Source of the DNA: Oligoflexales bacterium
Lineage (GTDB): Bacteria > Bdellovibrionota_B > Oligoflexia > Oligoflexales > RGVZ01
Direction of reading: 5' to 3'
Length of the DNA: 59,025 bases
Assembly: GCA_947476525.1 (NCBI GenBank)
Contig: CANJQY010000002.1
Span: 1-59,025, forward strand
Both the position numbers and the translations under genes were made by a program. The notes beneath the pieces are model-generated. The model was not told where the DNA came from. It did not search any database and saw nothing but the letters and a program-made list of their open reading frames with translations. Positions 56,121 to 59,025 of this stretch are shown piece by piece (position 1 is the first letter of the stretch; each line of letters begins with the position of its first letter).

Positions 56121-56822
56121 TTAAAGCTTTATTCCCAGGCCAAGGCGCGCATCCATCAATTTTGCCGAGGAATTAACGAAAAAGGCGGTTTCCGAGCTTT
56201 CGGTACTGCTTGAGGTTACGACCTTGTCGACTTGAACATACGTCTCCACTTTCGTGGCCGCATATAGTGGGCTTTCGAATATCGTTAAATCAATTTCAAC
56301 GAAAAAGCGCTCGCCCAAACCAACACGAACTCCCGCATTGGCCCCATATAACAAGGCACTGGTAGACGTCTGGACATACCCTAAGGCCGTCCATTCGGCG
56401 GTTTTATCAATAACAACTCTAGCCATTCCGGTGACATACGGGACCACACCGTCCGCAAAAGGCTTAAAGTATTGTCTAGCGCCACCACCAGCAAACAGGC
56501 TCATCCCGTCGTCTGGGGTAATCTTGCCGGCAGCTCCGGTGTAACTTCGCGCCTTAATTTCAGCCTCTCCGATCCACGCAACCGTGTCCGTAAGATCATC
56601 TGAATATCGGCCCCCTAGGTTCACGGTGCTTTTTGATCCCATCGTCTTGGAGTCGATTTTTTGGTTTGATTTACTATAAAATCCAGACACCGCTGTAATG
56701 TCAGCCGCAAATAAACTAGAGCCCGACGTAGCCACCAATACAACAATTCCGGCTGCCGCGACGACCTTTTTAAAACAACGAGATTCCTGTTTTGAAAAAC
56801 AAAGCAAATTTTGATTCAACAT
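56121..56822 (-). CDS. outer-membrane beta-barrel protein (porin/OmpW-like size)
   Basis: Start at ATG 56822 after AAGGAG. Signal peptide ...VATSGSSLFA. Alternating strand pattern throughout. Confidence 0.55.
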   Translation of the reverse strand: MLNQNLLCFSKQESRCFKKVVAAAGIVVLVATSGSSLFAADITAVSGFYSKSNQKIDSKTMGSKSTVNLGGRYSDDLTDTVAWIGEAEIKARSYTGAAGKITPDDGMSLFAGGGARQYFKPFADGVVPYVTGMARVVIDKTAEWTALGYVQTSTSALLYGANAGVRVGLGERFFVEIDLTIFESPLYAATKVETYVQVDKVVTSSSTESSETAFFVNSSAKLMDARLGLGIKL

Positions 56823-56940
56823 GGCGAACTCCTTAATGTAACTACCAAATTCCACCAAGAAGATGACCTATTATCGGACGATGAGCAAGGGTTATCTTCC
56901 AGCAAACCTTATTCCAGGGTGGAGACGTCTTTTGCTCGCA

Positions 56941-56995
56941 ACATCGTCAACCAAGAATACTTGCGAAAATCGCACAATGTGTGTTGCTACTACAA
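56941..56995. repeat. 55-bp direct repeat, copy A (partner at 58389..58443)
   Basis: ACATCGTCAACCAAGAATAcTTGCGAAAATCGcACAATGTGTGTTGCTACtACAA. It differs from copy B at the 3 lower-case positions. Confidence 0.9.
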
Positions 56996-56999
56996 GGTA

Positions 57000-58208
57000 C
57001 TAAACAGGATCCTCGGGAGAAATCAACGTCAAGTCCGGTCCTCCAAAAAACTTTCTAAGGCCCTGTTGCCACGGTAGGCAGAGAACTCCCTCGATCATCT
57101 GAGCGGTTTCGTCGCACGACAAGCAGAGTTCTTCCGTGGGGACAGAAAAGTCGGATCTTAAAGTTAGCAAATGTTTCAGATGGTCTCTTCTTATGGTCTC
57201 AGTCGACTTGATTTCGATCAATAAAAGTGGTTTTCCGGGACGCATTACGACGACGTCTATCTCTTGATCTTCATAGGTTCTAATAAAATGCAAACGAAAT
57301 TGATTTCCGCTATACCCAATAAGGCGAGTCATCTCTGTAATGATAAAATGTTCGAACGCATCGCCCCATGAGTTGGTGCTGGGTAACAAATCGAGAGTGA
57401 GCGTTCTGGAAAGAGCGCGAACAACTCCCGTGTCGAAGAAAAAAAACTTGGGAGCCTTGCCTACCTGTTTGCGAATGGAGTTATGAAACGGCTCGAGAAA
57501 AAAACCAATTAATGTATCTTCGAGAATTTGGTAATAGCTGCGCACAGTCTTTTCATCTACATCGACATCCCGCGCAATTGACGAGAAATTTACAATCCTC
57601 CCATTAGATTGAGCTGCCACTTCTAGGAATTTTCGAAAGGGATCTAAAAGGCGCACAGCTTGCTCTGCGCGGATTTCCTCATTTAAGTAGGTCAACGCAT
57701 AGGTTTCAAGAGTTTTTCGCTTAGCAGATGCGCTGATCAAATTCCAAATTTTTGGTAGCGTTCCATATTGAAGTGCCTCTTTAAGAATAAACTGTGACCC
57801 AAGCTCGAAGCTAGTTAAAGGAAAAAATGTGTACGCCAGCGCTCTGCCAGCAAGCAGGTTTGCAGAACCCGCGCGAAGTTTGCGGGCACTCGACCCCGTT
57901 AGAATGAAAAGCCGGTCGTGTCCAGGCGTCTCTATGAGTGAGTGGACGACATCGAGCAGTGAAGGTACCTTTTGAATTTCATCGATCACAATGATTTTGG
58001 TTTCGCTTGGAAGCGCCACAAATTCGTTTTTTAAGCGCTCAGGATTGCGTGCGTAGCGGTCCTCTGTTTTGGGTAAAAGCAGATCTATCCAAAACACTGG
58101 TTGATTGGAAAAACGCTCCCTCAGCAACGTGCTTTTCCCGGTTCCTCGCGCTCCCAAGATTAGGGCGTGCTGGCCTTCTTCCAGTTTTAAGTGCCTAAAA
58201 AATGTCAT
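57000..58208 (-). CDS. AAA-superfamily ATPase with a DUF4143-type C-terminal domain (COG1373-like)
   Basis: Walker A GARGTGKSTLL and Walker B IIVIDEIQK. C-terminal GDAFEHFIITEM is typical of DUF4143 proteins. Confidence 0.75.
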   Translation of the reverse strand: MTFFRHLKLEEGQHALILGARGTGKSTLLRERFSNQPVFWIDLLLPKTEDRYARNPERLKNEFVALPSETKIIVIDEIQKVPSLLDVVHSLIETPGHDRLFILTGSSARKLRAGSANLLAGRALAYTFFPLTSFELGSQFILKEALQYGTLPKIWNLISASAKRKTLETYALTYLNEEIRAEQAVRLLDPFRKFLEVAAQSNGRIVNFSSIARDVDVDEKTVRSYYQILEDTLIGFFLEPFHNSIRKQVGKAPKFFFFDTGVVRALSRTLTLDLLPSTNSWGDAFEHFIITEMTRLIGYSGNQFRLHFIRTYEDQEIDVVVMRPGKPLLLIEIKSTETIRRDHLKHLLTLRSDFSVPTEELCLSCDETAQMIEGVLCLPWQQGLRKFFGGPDLTLISPEDPV

Positions 58209-58388
58209 AAAACTCCGAAATTTCGATAAAAATGCGGAATATGGTCTTTCTAAATCTTAGTATTATTATGAGGTTAAGTCAAGTATTCTATGTCATAGAG
58301 CACTGTAGTGCCGCAATATCAATGTAGGTGAATTCCTTGACGATTTTATTCCGCTCTGGCATGAGCTCGCTTTAAAATTCATCAGGCG

Positions 58389-58443
58389 ACATCGTCAACC
58401 AAGAATAATTGCGAAAATCGTACAATGTGTGTTGCTACCACAA
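58389..58443. repeat. 55-bp direct repeat, copy B (partner at 56941..56995)
   Basis: ACATCGTCAACCAAGAATAaTTGCGAAAATCGtACAATGTGTGTTGCTACcACAA. Confidence 0.9.
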
Positions 58444-58619
58444 CGACGATTAGCCAACCCCTGCAGGCTGAATTTATTTTAAGCCCACAACTACCCGATT
58501 TCAAAGTAAATTTACTAAAAATAAAGAAAGAAATCTCAAGTTTGACCCAACCCTCCCGAAGAGCCTTTTGTGAGGGACTTCATTTCATATAGAAATTGTG
58601 ACTCTCAACTGGAGGCAGC

Positions 58620-59025
58620 ATGAATGACAGTAGCAGACAAGTTTCGGTGTGGTTTCTTGCCATCGGCTTAAGCGGCACAATTTTTGGTGGAGGAACTTAT
58701 TGGCTTAAGAAACGTGTTCCGGCAAGTCACAAGGCTAGTGAAAGTGCCGAAGAAGAATCCTCAGGTTCAGGTGAAGGCAAAAAACACGGCGAAGAACACG
58801 GCGAAGAACACGGCGAAGAACACACATCCGCTGCACCGCACGGCAAAGAACACGGCGAAGAACACACAGCCGCTGCACCGCAAGGCGAAAAACACGGCGA
58901 AGAACACACAGCCGCTGCACTGCAAGGCGAAAAACACGGCGAAGAACACACAGCCGCTGCACCGCAAGGCGAAAAACACGGCGAAGAACACAAAGCCGCT
59001 GCACCGCAAGGCGAAAAACACGGCG
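58620..59025 (+). CDS. membrane-anchored protein with His/Glu-rich 14-aa tandem repeats (5' partial, runs off the window)
   Basis: Not in the ORF track because it has no stop in the window. GGAGG lies 5 nt upstream of ATG 58620. Hand translation: MNDSSRQVSVWFLAIGLSGTIFGGGTYWLKKR..., then (GEKHGEEHTAAAPQ)n. The listed minus-strand ORFs here are repeat shadows. Confidence 0.65.
   Translation, partial: MNDSSRQVSVWFLAIGLSGTIFGGGTYWLKKRVPASHKASESAEEESSGSGEGKKHGEEHGEEHGEEHTSAAPHGKEHGEEHTAAAPQGEKHGEEHTAAALQGEKHGEEHTAAAPQGEKHGEEHKAAAPQGEKHG
58776..59025 (+). repeat. 42-bp coding tandem repeat array (preceded by 12-bp GGCGAAGAACAC sub-repeats)
   Basis: The unit ggcgaaaaacacggcgaagaacacacagccgctgcaccgcaa is repeated at least 4 times with a few substitutions and continues to the window edge. 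Confidence 0.9.

Noticed and set aside
56811-57077. 88-aa plus-strand ORF spanning repeat copy A
   Set aside because: It crosses an intergenic repeat and the 3' end of the ATPase gene, and copy B is not in an equivalent ORF. It is probably non-coding.
58352-58368. CTGGCATGAGCTCGCTT, another sigma-54-like string
   Set aside because: The GG to GC spacing is 9 rather than 10, there is no TTGC, and it lies about 260 nt from the nearest plus-strand start.
58727-59021. Three overlapping minus-strand ORFs (88, 89 and 84 aa) with odd Cys/Ser/Pro-, Arg/Val/Leu- or Phe/Ala-rich repeats
   Set aside because: They are reverse-frame shadows of the 42-bp tandem repeat. The plus-strand frame has a GGAGG RBS, a TM helix and a coherent His/Glu repeat, and it stays open to the window edge.
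58776-59025. Regularly spaced near-identical ~42-bp repeats that could suggest a CRISPR array
   Set aside because: The repeats are contiguous with no unique spacers, are in frame within a coding sequence, and no cas genes or leader are present.

Overview
This is a densely coding 59-kb chromosomal window from a diderm bacterium. All homology calls were made by eye from the supplied translations and remembered motifs; nothing was searched or computed. The taxon cannot be established. The gene content is reminiscent of Bdellovibrio-like or Oligoflexia organisms: many exported proteins and lipoproteins, two secreted S1 proteases, sigma-28-type promoters in front of secreted or small proteins, and an orphan MotAB pair. 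This placement is inference only. Recognisable housekeeping genes are nadC, a birA-coaX fusion, hemH, pepA (M17), pntA/pntB, mnmG, smpB, a 6-phosphofructokinase and one tRNA-Met(CAT). Signalling genes are a sigma-54-dependent response regulator next to a hybrid histidine kinase, two other receiver proteins, and a CHASE2-nucleotidyl cyclase-PilZ protein. The stand-out region is 23.4-37.6 kb. It holds an 11-gene, translationally coupled minus-strand operon (35207 down to 23438) whose products are almost all exported, lipidated or barrel-like proteins with no family I can name. One product is a bitopic inner-membrane protein with a FliG-like cytoplasmic domain. The operon is divergently paired with an isolated motA-motB-PEGA lipoprotein operon. 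I interpret this as a candidate non-flagellar, proton-motive-force-driven trans-envelope machine, analogous to but distinct from Agl-Glt/Nfs. Other points of interest are: three good sigma-28 (FliA)-type promoter matches, one of them antisense inside a gene; a 1.4-kb segment carrying a DUF4143 AAA ATPase bracketed by 55-bp direct repeats; in-frame hexanucleotide microsatellites encoding (NP)n and (QP)n linkers in the two proteases; an N/Y-rich secreted protein; a His/Glu-rich 42-bp tandem-repeat gene running off the window end; an unlisted 47-aa highly basic ORF; and a long structured leader upstream of a TerC gene.
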